33,076 nt of DNA, from NCBI RefSeq assembly GCF_001194135.2, contig NC_068985.1, forward strand, positions 71,367,311 to 71,400,386. The letters run 5' to 3'. The notes under the pieces are model-generated. The model saw only the letters and a program-made list of their open reading frames with translations, was not told where the DNA came from and made no database searches. Source of the DNA: Octopus bimaculoides (Eukaryota). The translations under genes were made by a program, and so were the position numbers. Below are positions 31,690 through 33,076 of this stretch, piece by piece; within the stretch, counting starts at the first letter, position 1; each line of letters starts with the position of its first letter.

Positions 31690-32530
31690 TCTGCATGCAA
31701 ACGGCCTGAACCGATCTGCGCCAAATCCAAGTCCCTTCTGATGAATCTGTGTTGCACTCACCATGTCTCGGTGGGTAAGTGAAGACAAGATGTTATCAGT
31801 CTCTGTTTCTGCTTTCCATTTCGTGGCTGTTTTTTTATATTTGGTGGATTACGCCTGGTTTCTATATTCTTCGAGTCTCTCAGCTTCATCAGCGTTCGTA
31901 CCTTCCCTAGTTTATATATTTCGACTATTGACGCCAGTGGTTACTGCAACGAGTCTCTTTTATGATAGAGAGCTGAATTGTTCAGTATCTGAGCTAGGCC
32001 TAGCCACTTTCTAATGAACACATTACACTTTTGTTCAATGATTTGAACTTGTGACTGTGCCACTTCGTATATTAGAAGTGGCCACGAAAGGCATGAATAC
32101 AAGCCGAACTGTAAGCACCATATTTTATATTTACCTGGTAGCTTTGAGCTATCCATGGCTGTTAACCCATCCTCGGTTTGTTTCATATTTTGCATCCTGC
32201 GACTCCTATCTATCAATGTTCCAGCGTATACACACCCCAAGCCCTTAACGGGTTCTTCCTTGACCGTTGGAATGCTTTCTTCATCTATTTTAAACTTGAC
32301 TCCTTTTTGCACTCCCTTAATAAATGTCAGACTACGTGACTGTTTTTTGCCCTGAATCGCATCCTTGACCACTTCACAAACTCATCTAGCCTCAAGAAGG
32401 CACCCTGCGTGATTTACTTGCCTGTCGACAGAAGTGTCACTTCATCCATGAAGACCTTCTTGGGTGATTGTACATGGGTGATTTGTTCCGAAAAGTCCGC
32501 TGCTTTCAAAAATCATCTCCATGAAAAGGA
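31690..32530 (-). mobile_element. decayed Hero-clade (R2-superfamily, RLE-type) non-LTR retrotransposon fragment, RT motifs 5-7 plus thumb
   Basis: Minus strand across frameshifts: MEMIF / SPKKVFMDEVTLL / LDEFVKWSRMRFRAK / SRSLTFIKG...IPTVKEEPVKGLG...LPGKYKIWCLQFGLY...WPLLIYEV...IRKWLGL...ALY...LQ*PLASIVEIYKLGK / TATKWKA...KGLGFG. This matches Hero ORF signatures as I recall them. Confidence 0.8.
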
Positions 32531-32574
32531 GATGATTTCAAGAACATCATTTTATATTTTTATAATCAAATATT

Positions 32575-32782
32575 ATTGATTTCAAATTTAGGACAAATGC
32601 AAGAAATTTAGGGGGCGGGGTATGTCGATAACATCGACCCCAGTGCTCGACTGCTACTTATTTTATCGAACCCGAAAAGATTAAAGGCAAAGTCGACCTT
32701 GACGGAATTTGAGCTCAGAACATGAAGATGGGGGAAATGCTGTTAACCATTTCACCAAGGGTACTAACGATTCTGAGAGCTA
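32575..32782 (-). mobile_element. family-B SINE
   Basis: ATCGACCCCAGTGCTCGACTG...AAAGGCAAAGTCGACCTTGACGGAATTTGAGCTCAG...ACTAACGATTCTG. Confidence 0.85.
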
Positions 32783-32812
32783 AACGAAAACGAAAATATT
32801 TTGTATATTGTA

Positions 32813-33024
32813 CAGGGTGTCCACAAAGTCTGGGTACATGGAGTAAATAAAATCATGACATAAACAATTAAATATAAGAAATAATAATTTCTTAAAGTAT
32901 GTGCTAATCCCCATGTGGGTACATGGAGTAAATAAAATCACAACATAAACAATTAAATATAAGAAATAATAATTTCTTAAAGTATGTGTTAATCCCCATG
33001 TACCCAGACTTCGTGGACACCCCG
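32813..33024 (+). mobile_element. Tc1/mariner-type MITE with an internal 85-bp tandem duplication
   Basis: 29-bp TIRs CAGGGTGTCCACAAAGTCTGGGTACATGG / CCATGTACCCAGACTTCGTGGACACCCCG (2 mismatches). TA on the left, AA on the right. Duplicated units 32832-32916 and 32917-33001. Confidence 0.85.
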
Positions 33025-33076
33025 AAGCGTAACCAATTTATTGCAGATAAATTTTAACAACAAAATCTTACATGCT

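Overview
AT-rich, intronic/intergenic animal DNA with seven assembly gaps (757-1108, 17986-18421, 21649-21658, 22184-22643, 23550-24288, 24892-25071, 29118-29210). The repeat content and microsatellite load look like an octopus (cephalopod) short-read assembly; this is my inference, not a database result. I can support no intact host protein-coding gene, and nearly all ORFs in the supplied track are microsatellite or N-gap artefacts. The window holds: about 17 copies of one tRNA-headed SINE family (B), about 8 long copies plus fragments of a second (A), and two tRNA+CORE SINEs with different bodies. It also holds decayed LINE pieces from three groups (L1/Tx1, R4/Dong-type and Hero-type), four hAT-type MITEs with TSDs, a Tc1/mariner MITE and a Helitron-type 3' end. 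The most interesting signal is a set of type-I hammerhead-ribozyme motifs read by eye. At 16240-16640 two different tRNA-like Pol III heads are each followed by a hammerhead core, in tandem; the first predicted cleavage site lies at the start of the second tRNA head, defining a 204-nt unit. A second hammerhead family appears at 14803-14858 (minus strand) and as a fold-back palindrome at 9337-9475. A TATA / short exon / GTGAGT arrangement at 30265-30324 may mark the start of a plus-strand gene. All structures were read manually and need computational and experimental confirmation.
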